From an uncultured Verrucomicrobiae bacterium (GTDB lineage Bacteria; Verrucomicrobiota; Verrucomicrobiia; Chthoniobacterales; JAFAMB01): 64,000 nucleotides of DNA. Shown here piece by piece: positions 51,590 through 63,517 of the stretch. Under the pieces are notes generated by a model. The model did not search any database and was not told the DNA's origin. It worked only from the letters and a program-made list of their open reading frames with translations. The position numbers and the translations under genes were made by a program. The stretch lies in contig CAVXLD010000001.1 in NCBI GenBank assembly GCA_963762565.1, positions 1,024,001 through 1,088,000 of the forward strand. The letters run 5' to 3'. Position 1 is the stretch's first letter. Every line of letters starts with the position of its first letter.

Positions 51590-51801
51590 GGTAGGGCGAG
51601 GCTCCCGTACGTCCCTAGCTGATTCGCGGAGCGATTGATCGTCCCTCACCAAAACGGGTTGATATGCTTATGGGCGGGCCGAGCCAAGGTCACGCGCAAC
51701 ACCAAGGCTCGGCGCGCGTATCGGCCCAACACCACTTGACCACCGTGAGAAACCTATTGCTTCGCGAAACGTGACCGGCCGATCGGGAGCCTCGCCCTAC
51801 C
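51590..51801. repeat. Family A element with perfect terminal IR GGTAGGGCGAGGCTCCCG/CGGGAGCCTCGCCCTACC
   Basis: 18-bp perfect inverted termini. Confidence 0.9.
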
Positions 51802-51825
51802 ACGCCACCAATCACTAATCACCAA

Positions 51826-52374
51826 TCACTCTCGTCTCTCCTGCGACTGGATCGCATAAGAATTGTCCATGACATTGACGATCTTTATGCCTGGAATAAT
51901 TCGGTCGGTCGCATAGTCCAGGTTGCCGTCAGGCCCAATCACCGCGATCCCGAAGTCTCCCACCCGATAGGCATCTGCCGCCGACAACGGATCCGGTAGA
52001 ACCACGAAGGGTACGTCTGAACCTGTTATCACCCCGGTTTCTTTCGTGAATGCCACGAAAAACAGGGCTTTGCGCTCGATCAGAGACTTGTAAAATTTGG
52101 TGATATTCTTGACCTGCTTCTTGAATTCCTTCTGCTGCGGGTCAGTCGCAAAGATCAGCACGACCGGCTGTCCCTGCACGTCTTTCAGACGCTTAACTTT
52201 GCCGTTCACGCTGGCCCAAAGGAATTCAGGGGCTGGACGAGGAACATTAGGAACTACGTTTTTCTGCTTCCCTTTTGCAGAAGGGGAAGCCTGCGCCGGT
52301 GGCGGTGCAGCTTGTGCAGGTGCAAAGCTTGCCAGCAGACAAATCACTAAAACTGCGATTCGCCCCGACTTCAT
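51826..52374 (-). CDS. Exported hypothetical protein, thioredoxin-like fold lacking CxxC
   Basis: Signal peptide; APEF...LKDVQGQPVVLIF...VIGPDG redoxin-like pattern; overlaps the frr stop. Confidence 0.6.
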   Translation of the reverse strand: MKSGRIAVLVICLLASFAPAQAAPPPAQASPSAKGKQKNVVPNVPRPAPEFLWASVNGKVKRLKDVQGQPVVLIFATDPQQKEFKKQVKNITKFYKSLIERKALFFVAFTKETGVITGSDVPFVVLPDPLSAADAYRVGDFGIAVIGPDGNLDYATDRIIPGIKIVNVMDNSYAIQSQERRE

Positions 52375-52931
52375 ACTCTCATTATATCCATTTCTTTGGT
52401 TTCTAACTGTTGGTCGACCTCCTTGACGTATTTGTCCGTTAATTTCTGAACCTCTTCTTCCAGATCACGGCGATCGTCTTCCGTGATCTCGCCTTCTTTC
52501 TCGATCTTTTTTATTAGATCGATCCCGTTCCGGCGAGCTCCCCGAACTCGCACCCGAGCTTCCTCCGCCATGTGCCGAGCTCCCTTGACCAGATCCTTGC
52601 GCCGTTCCTCGGACAGTTCGGGAATCGGAAGCCGGATGATTTTCCCATCCACGGCGGGAGTAATTCCGAGTTTGGACTCGTTGAGCGCTTTCTCGATGTC
52701 TCGAGTCACACTAGCGTCAAAGGGTTGAATAACGAGCAAACGCGGCTCGGGAGTGGAGATGAGAGCCAGTTGTTTCAGTTTCATCGAAGCCCCGTAGGCG
52801 TTCACGTCGAGATTGTCCACCAGGGCCGGGGAAGCCTTCCCCGTCCGCAGAGAGGCGAATTCGTGATTCATGTAGTCGACGCTCTTCTCCATTGCCTCTT
52901 CAGTTTCCAATAGAATGTCATCGGGAGTCAT
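52371..52931 (-). CDS. frr: Ribosome recycling factor
   Basis: RTGKA, IQPFD, PELSEERRKDL and VQKLTD motifs. Confidence 0.96.
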   Translation of the reverse strand: MTPDDILLETEEAMEKSVDYMNHEFASLRTGKASPALVDNLDVNAYGASMKLKQLALISTPEPRLLVIQPFDASVTRDIEKALNESKLGITPAVDGKIIRLPIPELSEERRKDLVKGARHMAEEARVRVRGARRNGIDLIKKIEKEGEITEDDRRDLEEEVQKLTDKYVKEVDQQLETKEMDIMRV

Positions 52932-52997
52932 AAGAACGATTTAAGCAGCCAGGTTTATAAGTTCGGCCAGTGGCCGGCCCTCGGCCCATCCGCAGCC

Positions 52998-53741
52998 TCA
53001 ATCGGCCGTCACCAAAGTACCTACCTTTTCGCCCCGCACCACTCTGTTGATGTTCTCCGGCCTCGCCATATCGAACACGATGATCGGGATGCGGTTGTCC
53101 ATACAGAGGCTGAAAGCCGTCGAATCCATCACCTTCAGTCTTTTCGTAATCGCTTCCGTAAAGCTCACGGTCTCATAACGCTGAGCGTTTGGATTCTGTC
53201 TGGGGTCGCTATCGTAGACCCCGTCCACTTTCGTCGCCTTTAAAATGATTTCGGCCCGGATCTCACTCGCCCGAAGCGCCGCAGTCGTGTCAGTAGAAAA
53301 AAATGGGTTCCCGGTACCTGCCCCGAAAATGACGACACGTCCCAACTCCAAGTGCCGGATAGCCCGGCGAAGTATAAACGGCTCAGCCACATTCGCCATC
53401 TCGATGGCGGTTTGCAGCCGGGTCGGCACCCCCAGTAGCTCCAACGAGCTCTGTAACGCCATCCCGTTGATCATCGTTGCCAACATCCCCATGTAATCTG
53501 CCGTTGTCCGATCCATTCCGCGATGGCTGGCGGTCAATCCTCGCCAAATGTTGCCTCCGCCGATCACCACCGCGACTTCGACACCGAAATCGCGCACTTG
53601 TTGTATCTGTTTAGCGATACCGGTAACGATATCTGGCGAAATAGTTTCAGTGCTACCCGGCTCCCGCAGCGCCTCGCCGCTTAACTTCAGAACAATTCGT
53701 CGATATTTTGGCTGCCCAGAGCCCGTCTGAGAAGTGGACAT
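52998..53741 (-). CDS. pyrH: UMP kinase
   Basis: [31 protein letters not shown] and VMDSTA motifs. Confidence 0.97.
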   Translation of the reverse strand: MSTSQTGSGQPKYRRIVLKLSGEALREPGSTETISPDIVTGIAKQIQQVRDFGVEVAVVIGGGNIWRGLTASHRGMDRTTADYMGMLATMINGMALQSSLELLGVPTRLQTAIEMANVAEPFILRRAIRHLELGRVVIFGAGTGNPFFSTDTTAALRASEIRAEIILKATKVDGVYDSDPRQNPNAQRYETVSFTEAITKRLKVMDSTAFSLCMDNRIPIIVFDMARPENINRVVRGEKVGTLVTAD

Positions 53742-53791
53742 TAAAAAGTGTCATAGGCCTTAGAGGAGTCTCCGGAGGAAGTCAAGAAAAG

Positions 53792-54274
53792 GAGCTAGAA
53801 TCCAGGAGCCAGGAGGCATCTAACGAAACGGCGAAGGGGCGAAGGGGCGAAACGGCGTGTGGGCGAAGCCCAGCGTCCCGGAGGGGAGCCGCTTTGTCAT
53901 GTGCCCTATGACTTCACGTCGTCTGTTTCGGCGCTCCATCCGGGCGAAAAATGTCGCAACAGGCGGCTCCCGGGCATGACCCACCAGTTTGCAGCTCTAT
54001 CGGTCAGGCAGAAACGAATCGTAAGGCCTGGGGTGAATGCATCGCGCTGGGTAATTCCCGGGAGCCGCCTGTTTTTCCGCACGTTTCGGTCGGATAGCGG
54101 TTGAGACCAATCCCGCAAGGGTGGCGAGATAGGCGCCAAAGCGGCCCACCCGGTGTAACCTTCCGAGTCTAAACAAAGGGGCGAAGTCTGGCTCCCCTCC
54201 AGACGCTCGGTAATTCGCCGACACGCCCATTCGCCCATTCGCCCACACGCCCTTTCGCCCACACGCCCATTCGC
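53792..54274. repeat. Nested repeat: 7-mer arm and 8-mer arms around a family C element (53878-54202)
   Basis: (ggcgaagg)n on the left, (cgcccatt/cgcccaca)n on the right; internal IR caggcggctcccggg/cccgggagccgcctg. Confidence 0.8.
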
Positions 54275-56467
<2,193 letters not shown>

Positions 56468-56665
56468 TTAAAACGCCAAGCGAAGTGGCCAATTTTAGCC
56501 ACCCAGACCAAAGTAAACTTTCATGCGGTAAGGCTGCACGCCCAGTACGAGAAATCGGACTGAAGACGCTCCAATCAGTGCTCCACCGCTCCAATACTCC
56601 GCCACTCCGCCACTCCACTAGTCCGCTCGCCACGCCCCCTCGGCAAGACCTACTCCCGCCGACCC

Positions 56666-56681
56666 TGGCACACCCCTTGCT
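56666..56681 (+). promoter_or_regulatory. Consensus sigma54 promoter
   Basis: TGGCACACCCCTTGCT = TGGCAC-N5-TTGCW. Confidence 0.75.
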
Positions 56682-56691
56682 ATCTAAATTT

Positions 56692-56810
56692 GAAACGAGC
56701 GGTCATAAAAGGGGCGCTGGCTCGGTTGGAAGGGAAAGGTTACCGGGAGTCTGGGGGGGAACGCCGGAAACCTTAGGGAGAGCAAAACCAACCGAGCCGT
56801 TTCCTTTTTC
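56692..56810 (+). ncRNA. Candidate sigma54-dependent structured small RNA or leader
   Basis: Outer stem ggctcggttgg/ccaaccgagcc, inner stem aaggttaccgg/ccggaaacctt, six GGA motifs and a 3' U-run. Confidence 0.45.
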
Positions 56811-56957
56811 GTCCTCACGGACACTGCTTACTGCTCACCACCCCTCATCAGTAACCACCCCCCTAGTTTCTCTCTGCTGTTGGCACAGCCGCGAACCTGG
56901 TGAAGGTTACGGATCTGTTTCACCCGCGTTCTACCGGCGTCATCCCCTCCCTACGAT

Positions 56958-57446
56958 ATGGATTCCACTGACTTCGAAATCCTTGCGCTAATTCAAAACG
57001 ATGCTCGGGTCGCACACGCCACGGTCGGCGAGCGGCTTGGTCTCACCGCGCCGGCAGTTCACGCGCGGATAAAGCGCCTCGAACGCGAAGGAATCATCAA
57101 GGGTTATCTCACCTCCATCGATCCGATCGCGGTCAACCAAAACCTGCTGGCCTTTGTCCGAGTCACGAACAACGCGAAGGTTGGCGACGAAGAGCGGTTC
57201 GAGAACTTCGTCTGTCAGGAACCGAACATTCTCGAGTGTCACGATATCTCCGGTGAAGATAGCTATCTCTTGAAGATCAGGGTCGAGTCCCCTTCCTCAT
57301 TGCGACACCTTCTCTTGCGAATCCGAGATTTCCCCGGTGTCGAACGAACCGTAACTTCGATCTCCCTATGTACGATAAAAGAGATGGGAGGTCCGCCGCT
57401 GCCGGCACCAGTACCCGAAGCATCCGGGGTGATTGGTGAGAAGTGA
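56958..57446 (+). CDS. Lrp/AsnC family transcriptional regulator
   Basis: MDSTDFEIL...DAR...RIKRLEREGIIKGY and ECHDISGEDSYLLK. Confidence 0.94.
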   Translation: MDSTDFEILALIQNDARVAHATVGERLGLTAPAVHARIKRLEREGIIKGYLTSIDPIAVNQNLLAFVRVTNNAKVGDEERFENFVCQEPNILECHDISGEDSYLLKIRVESPSSLRHLLLRIRDFPGVERTVTSISLCTIKEMGGPPLPAPVPEASGVIGEK

Positions 57447-57617
57447 AAGCTGAAAAGTGAAAAGTGATAGGTGAAAGGCGAGCGGCCAAAGCGATTCAGG
57501 AAAGTTCAGACAGCTCCCAGCCGCGAAGCGGCTTAAGACTATAGCCCGCCCCTCGCTACGCTTTGGCGCGCTTCGCGGCAAGATTAGTCACCGGCCCGCT
57601 CTCGCAGGGCGCAAATC

Positions 57618-57799
57618 GGGGAGGGCGCGCAGCCTGTCCGACATAGCCTTCAATCGTGGCCCTTTTTCTTCTGACCGCTGGCGACGTCGGATCCCCGCGC
57701 GCCGCGAGGACGTGACATAACCCAAGGGGTATTTCCGTCCACGATCGCAACACGTCCTCGGCTTCGTTGACAACGGATCGCGAGGACGCGATCCGTCCC
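57618..57799. repeat. Family B element carrying a 61-bp insert (57631-57691)
   Basis: Same insert type and relative position as at 50378. Confidence 0.8.
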
Positions 57800-57863
57800 G
57801 GGCGTTCGCCCGCTAAACCACCTCTCACCAATCACTTCTCACGAATGACGCCGCAGACCGGCG

Positions 57864-58361
57864 TCATTCCAATTGCAGCGCCACCGTCTCGTCCGCCCTG
57901 GGCCCTAACTGGTTCCGCATGATAATCCTGGCGCAGGTGTTCCAATGCAGGATGGCGTCATCGTTTTTCGGTGGACGCAACGCTTCCGCCTTTTCGAACC
58001 ATCCCATCGCTTCACGCAAGAATTCGTAAGCGTCATGCCCCGCGCCGGGATACCCCTGCTGGAGTTGCGCCTTGGCCCGGCGCTCACAGAGAATACCGGC
58101 ATAATACTCTCTAGCGTATTCATCCTTTAACCGGCCAAGGACGTGCTGAGCCTCGGTCACACCCACCGCATACCCTTTTCCGAACCGATCGGTTAAAGCT
58201 AGTAACAACATCACCAGAGCGTCCTGATTCTCCGGCTCGATCTCGAGCACGTCATGACAAATGCTTTCGGCTTCAGCCGGCTGATTGAGCAATCGGTATC
58301 GTAAAGCCTTTTCCAATGCCGCCGAGACAGCCTCTTTGGAAAGTCGTTTTAATTCAAACAT
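57864..58361 (-). CDS. Hypothetical all-helical (TPR-like) protein downstream of sdhB
   Basis: ATG ORF; RYRLLNQP..AESIC.DVL.IEPENQ, YYAGILCERR and AILHWNTC. Confidence 0.75.
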   Translation of the reverse strand: MFELKRLSKEAVSAALEKALRYRLLNQPAEAESICHDVLEIEPENQDALVMLLLALTDRFGKGYAVGVTEAQHVLGRLKDEYAREYYAGILCERRAKAQLQQGYPGAGHDAYEFLREAMGWFEKAEALRPPKNDDAILHWNTCARIIMRNQLGPRADETVALQLE

Positions 58362-58525
58362 ACGCTGCGCTGGGTTTTAGGTTTAAGGTTAGAGGTTTTA
58401 AGTTGTAGGTTTTACGTTCTACGCTTCTCGTTGGGTTGCACTTTAGCTTGGTCCTGTGCGCCATCGTTCATTCCAAGGCGGATGTTGAGTCGCAGACTCA
58501 CAACCTAAAACTTACAACCTAGAAC

Positions 58526-59272
58526 CTATAACTTAGAACGTATAACTTTAAGTAGCCGGCCTAATGGATCGTAAAATTCGTCAACGACGCGCTCTTTAAG
58601 CGGAATAATCGCGTTGTCCGTGATCGTGATGTTCTCCGGACAGACCTTGGTGCAACACTTCGTGATATTGCAGTAACCGATTCCGCCCGCTTTCTTCAGT
58701 TCAGGCAGCCGATCTACCGTATCCAGCGGGTGCATCTCCAGGGCAGCGACGAACACTAGAAACCGCGGACCCACAAACGAATCTTGCTTACCATGATCCC
58801 TCAACACGTGGCACACATCCTGGCAAAGAAAGCACTCGATACATTTCCGAAATTCCTGTACCCGATCGATATCTGCTTGCGCCATGCGCCAGGTGCCATC
58901 CGGTGCGTCCGGCGGGCGAGGATTAAATTCCTTAATCGTTTTCTTAACCCGGAAATTCCAGGAAACATCCGTCACTAGATCCCGGATCACCGGAAACGCT
59001 TTCATCGGTTCGATGGTTACCGGTTCATCCAAGGGCAACTCATCTAACCGCGTCATGCACATCAGCTTCGGCCGGCCGTTGATTTCCGACGAACAAGACC
59101 CGCATTTACCAGCTTTACAATTCCAGCGGCAAGCCAAGTCGTTCGCCTGGGACGCTTGAATATTGTGAACCGCGTCCAACACCACCATCCCCTCAGAAAC
59201 TTCCGTCGTATAATCAACGAACTTCCCTCCATTCGCATCCCCACGCCAAATCCTGAAAACCGCCGTCTTCAT
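58526..59272 (-). CDS. sdhB: Succinate dehydrogenase/fumarate reductase Fe-S subunit
   Basis: CKAGKCGSC, CIECFLCQDVC and CNITKCCTKVCP clusters. Confidence 0.93.
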   Translation of the reverse strand: MKTAVFRIWRGDANGGKFVDYTTEVSEGMVVLDAVHNIQASQANDLACRWNCKAGKCGSCSSEINGRPKLMCMTRLDELPLDEPVTIEPMKAFPVIRDLVTDVSWNFRVKKTIKEFNPRPPDAPDGTWRMAQADIDRVQEFRKCIECFLCQDVCHVLRDHGKQDSFVGPRFLVFVAALEMHPLDTVDRLPELKKAGGIGYCNITKCCTKVCPENITITDNAIIPLKERVVDEFYDPLGRLLKVIRSKL

Positions 59273-59442
59273 TTTTGTGCTCCGAAGGTTTATCCCTCTG
59301 TTCCTTTGCGACTTTGCGTCTTTGCGTGAGATTTTGGCTTTCTTTGGTCGCGGCTATTCATTCGCGTCGATTCGTGTCCATTCGCGGTTGTTTTGTTTTC
59401 GGCTTTGGTCGGGTTGCACGTCGCTGCGTCCATTCGCGGTCC

Positions 59443-61269
59443 TCATTTCATCTCCTCGATAACCTGCTTCAATTCCGCCGGCATCTCCGGGATCGGCTCC
59501 CGCCTCACCTCCATCGATCCATCCCCAGCTTTTCTGACCACAATCGTGACCTTACCTTCAGCCGCGTCTTTGGCCGGAAAATCATCCCGAAAATGGCCGC
59601 CCCGGCTTTCTTTACGCTCAATGGCCGCTCGGGTAATCGCTTCGGAAACGGTTAACAGATGTGTCAGGTCCAGCGAAGTATGCCACCCGGGGTTATACTC
59701 CCGATGGCCACGAACAGACACTTTGTCGGCCCGTTCCTTAAGGCTACCCAATCTATCGAGCGCTTGCGTCATTTCAGCCTGGCGCCGGACAATTCCCACC
59801 AACGTCTGCATGGTGTCCTGGAGATCGTGTTGGACTTGATAAGGGCCTTCTCCGTTAGCTCCAGGGTCGATCGCCCGATCAAACGGCGCTAACGCTTGCT
59901 GGGCTGCTTCCTCGATCTGGCTATCATCGATCGCAGCCGGCTTTTGTTGCTGAGCAAACTTCGCCGCGAACTCACCCGCCAGTTTTCCGAACACCAAAAG
60001 ATCAGACAATGAATTGCCACCCAACCGGTTCGCACCATGTAAGCCGGCGGCCACTTCGCCCGCCGCAAATAATCCGGATACATTGGACATCTGCGTCTCG
60101 CCGTCCACCCGCACTCCGCCCATGATGTAATGGGTAGTCGGCCCTACCTCCATCGGTTCCGTGGTTATATCGAGATTAGCCAACTGCATGAACTGATGAT
60201 ACATGCTCGGCAACTTTTTCTTAATATGTTCGGCTGCGTTCGGGAGCTTCTCTTTGATCCAAGCGATATCCAGAAACACGCCGCCATGCGGGCTGCCCCG
60301 ACCATTCTTTACCTCGTCCATGATACAACGCGACACGTGATCCCGGGTTAAGAGTTCAGGAGGCCGCCGCGAATTTTTGTCGCCTTGGGTGTAACGCCAG
60401 CCTTCTTCCGGATTGTCGGCTGTCTGCGCTCGATAAGGTTCTGGAATGCTACCAAACATGAACCTTTTTCCTTGGTTATTGAGCAAAATGCCCCCTTCAC
60501 CGCGGACACCTTCAGTCACCAGAATCCCCATTACGCTGGGCGGCCAGATCATCCCGGTTGGATGAAATTGCACATACTCCATATCGATCAATTCCGCCCC
60601 CGCATGATAAGCCAGGGATTGGCCATCGCCGGTATATTCCCAGGAGTTACTCGTGATTTTGTACGCTCGCCCCACGCCGCCCGTAGCTAGTACTACTGCT
60701 TTTGCCTTGAACAGCTTGAACCGGCCGCGCTCCCGGTCATAGCCAAAGGCGCCCGCGATCTGTTCACCATCCTTCAGCAAGGTGACGATGGTGTGCTCCA
60801 TATAAACTTCGATCCCTTGATGGATGCCGTGATCCTGTAAAGTCCGGATCATTTCTAATCCGGTCCGATCACCGACATGGGCCAAACGCGGATAACGATG
60901 CCCACCAAAATTGCGTTGCAAAATTCTGCCGTCAGCCGTCCGATCGAAAACCGCTCCCCAAGCCTCAAGCTCACGAACCCGAGCGGGCGCTTCTTTAGCG
61001 TGCAACTCCGCCATTCGCCAATTATTGACGTACTGGCCGCCCCGCATGGTGTCCGAGAAATGAACCCGCCAGTTGTCACGATCATCAACATTGGCCAACG
61101 CCGCTGCAATCCCGCCCTCTGCCATCACTGTATGCGCTTTGCCAAGCAACGACTTACAAACCAGCCCCACCTTGACCCCGGCCGCCGAAGCTTCAATAGC
61201 AGCTCGCAGCCCAGCCCCCCCAGCGCCGATCACCAGCACATCGTATTCAAACGTTTCGTAGTTAGTCAC
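59443..61269 (-). CDS. sdhA: Succinate dehydrogenase/fumarate reductase flavoprotein subunit
   Basis: GAGGAG, AHTVMAEGG, QFHPT, EGVRGEGG, HYIMGG, HGANRLGGNSL and ESRGGH motifs. Confidence 0.95.
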   Translation of the reverse strand: MTNYETFEYDVLVIGAGGAGLRAAIEASAAGVKVGLVCKSLLGKAHTVMAEGGIAAALANVDDRDNWRVHFSDTMRGGQYVNNWRMAELHAKEAPARVRELEAWGAVFDRTADGRILQRNFGGHRYPRLAHVGDRTGLEMIRTLQDHGIHQGIEVYMEHTIVTLLKDGEQIAGAFGYDRERGRFKLFKAKAVVLATGGVGRAYKITSNSWEYTGDGQSLAYHAGAELIDMEYVQFHPTGMIWPPSVMGILVTEGVRGEGGILLNNQGKRFMFGSIPEPYRAQTADNPEEGWRYTQGDKNSRRPPELLTRDHVSRCIMDEVKNGRGSPHGGVFLDIAWIKEKLPNAAEHIKKKLPSMYHQFMQLANLDITTEPMEVGPTTHYIMGGVRVDGETQMSNVSGLFAAGEVAAGLHGANRLGGNSLSDLLVFGKLAGEFAAKFAQQQKPAAIDDSQIEEAAQQALAPFDRAIDPGANGEGPYQVQHDLQDTMQTLVGIVRRQAEMTQALDRLGSLKERADKVSVRGHREYNPGWHTSLDLTHLLTVSEAITRAAIERKESRGGHFRDDFPAKDAAEGKVTIVVRKAGDGSMEVRREPIPEMPAELKQVIEEMK

Positions 61270-61596
61270 AAAAATTTCACCACAGAGACACAGAGGACAC
61301 GGAGATAAAATATCCGCAGATTACGCAGAACCTGTCGCGCCATAGCGTAGCGGAGGCGGATAACGCAGATTACGTTTAAAGGTTAGAGCAACGCCTCCGA
61401 GATAACCACACCGCTCGTCGTGCCTAACGGTGTAGGTCGCCTCTGCGACTATGCGACCTTCAAACGAAATCTGCGTAATCTGCGTAATCTGCGGATATTT
61501 AAACAATCTGTGGAACGTCTCCTCCGGTTCTCTTTGTGTTTGTGTAGTGAGGCCTATTCGCGTCAATTCGTGTCCATTCGCGGTTAAAATCTGTGG

Positions 61597-62409
61597 TTAA
61601 AAGATTCGCCAATCGTGCCAGATGCCCATTGAGCAGAGGCGGATGTATAGGTCGGTGAAGCCGACCCAAAACAAGCTCATCCAGGCCCAGAGCATATGGC
61701 GCTGGTTCAAGCAACTCACACAGGCGTAACATTTCGCGTTTACCGGGTGTTTGGAGATTTGATCTAAAAACCCACCAACCAAATGGCGGAGCGAATGGCA
61801 GCCAAAGGTGTAACCGCCCAGCAACACTACGTTGAGGGTGAGCACTATCGAACCGACCCCAAGACCGAAATGCCGGGCGCCAGATGCGTCAGCGAACCAA
61901 AACCCGCTCCAAGCGTCATGCGCCAGAATCAGAATAAAGATGATCGCGATGTAGAGAAAGTACCGATGGATATTCTGCAGGATCAGCGGAAACGCGGTTT
62001 CCCCTGGGTACCCAAGCCGCGGTTCACCGACCGCACAAGCCGGCGGATCGGCCCAGAACGCTTTGTAATAGGCGCCTCGATAATAATAACAGGTGAGCCG
62101 GAAACCAGCCGGCGCCCAGAGCACTAAGAGAGCCGGTGAAAACAAGAGCCACGAAGGCCACCAACCCGGCTTTGGCCCAAAGATCGCATGTGGTGAATTG
62201 CCAAAAAGTTCGGGTGAATAAAACGGCGACAAATAATTTGCTCCGTTTTGATCCAACCAATAATGGTTCCCCTGAAACGCAGCCCAGGTTGAATAAACCA
62301 GAAAGGCGCCCAACCCGAGAAACACAAATAGCGGCTGGGTCCACCACGCGTCACGCCGCATGGTAGCCCCAAATGCACGTCGCTTAGATGGAACCGTTGC
62401 CGAGGACAT
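61597..62409 (-). CDS. Succinate dehydrogenase membrane anchor (Rv0249c-like)
   Basis: YLSPFYSP, FRLTCYYYR, PPACAV, HRYF, GCHSLRH and H..WAW motifs; upstream of sdhA. Confidence 0.82.
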   Translation of the reverse strand: MSSATVPSKRRAFGATMRRDAWWTQPLFVFLGLGAFLVYSTWAAFQGNHYWLDQNGANYLSPFYSPELFGNSPHAIFGPKPGWWPSWLLFSPALLVLWAPAGFRLTCYYYRGAYYKAFWADPPACAVGEPRLGYPGETAFPLILQNIHRYFLYIAIIFILILAHDAWSGFWFADASGARHFGLGVGSIVLTLNVVLLGGYTFGCHSLRHLVGGFLDQISKHPVNAKCYACVSCLNQRHMLWAWMSLFWVGFTDLYIRLCSMGIWHDWRIF

Positions 62410-62689
62410 CAAAGTTTGCCCATGCAGCTCTTGATTAGTTTGTTCGGGTGACTGCTTGTAACTGTACATATCGGCGACCTGCCCCCTTTTCAAGTTCCTT
62501 TACCGTTTACCGTTCGGCGTTTAGCGTTTGGCGTTTTGGCGTTCCAAATCGTACTCGTCCTCGTCGTCGTCCTCGTCCTCGAAAGGGGTGGCCACCGTGG
62601 AGCGCTGCCTCGCTTCCGCCTCCGCAAGGCCTACGGCGCGACAGGTTCGCGAGGCCGTGGTGAACAAGGAGACATCATTGCATAATGCC

Positions 62690-63295
62690 CTTGGCCGGGT
62701 TGCACGACAATCGCTCGGCACTTTCATGCGGGAACGAATCTTCGAGCCGCTCGGAATGAAAGATACCGGCTTTTACGTACCCAAGGAAAAAATCGATCGT
62801 TTACCCGAGTGCTACGGCTTCAATCATCAGACCAATACACTCGGCGTGTATGATGATCCGGCCAACAGCACTTAGGGATCCGAACCGCCTTTTGAATCCG
62901 CCGGCGGCGGCTTGGTATCAACGATGGATGATTACTTTGCCTTTTACCGGATGCTCCTGAACAAAGGCCAGCATGGAGACAAACAAATCCTCTCCAGAAC
63001 CGTGGTAGAACTCATGACTTCCGATCAGATTACCGCCGAACAACGGGTCGGAGCAGAACTGTTCTTTGGCGATTATCGCAGCTGGGGCTTCGTCATGTCT
63101 GTCGATATTTGGCGCGACCACCTATTCCACAACCCAGGCCGATTCGGTTGGGACGGCGGCACCGGTACGACGGCATACGTAGATCCAGCCGAGGACATGA
63201 TCAGCATCCTTTTCACTCAACGCATGATGGAATCACCGGAACCGCCGAAGGTATTCACGGATTTCTGGACCCTCGCCTACGCATCACTCGCATAG
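62690..63295 (+). pseudogene. Serine hydrolase (beta-lactamase family) C-terminal fragment
   Basis: RIFEPLGMKDTGF, in-frame TAG at 62873, GGGLVST and FGWDGGTGT; the N-terminus with SxxK is absent. Confidence 0.85.
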
Positions 63296-63517
63296 ACTCC
63301 CACAGCAACCCCAAAGCCCGAGTTTAAGATCCGCAGATTAACGCAGATTACGCAGATTACTCGAAGGGTTTGATATCACCGGGGGCGGATAAACAAAATG
63401 TAAAGGTTTGCGACGGTTTTCGTCGCCGACCGCTTAATCCGACCAAAGAACGAAATCTGCGTAATCTGCGGATCTTTACATCTGTGTTCTCTGTGTCTCT
63501 GTGGTGAAACTCTTCAG

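Noticed and set aside
62873..62875. In-frame TAG as possible pyrrolysine or readthrough
   Set aside because: The gene also lacks its catalytic N-terminus; a nonsense mutation (probably TGG to TAG) is simpler.
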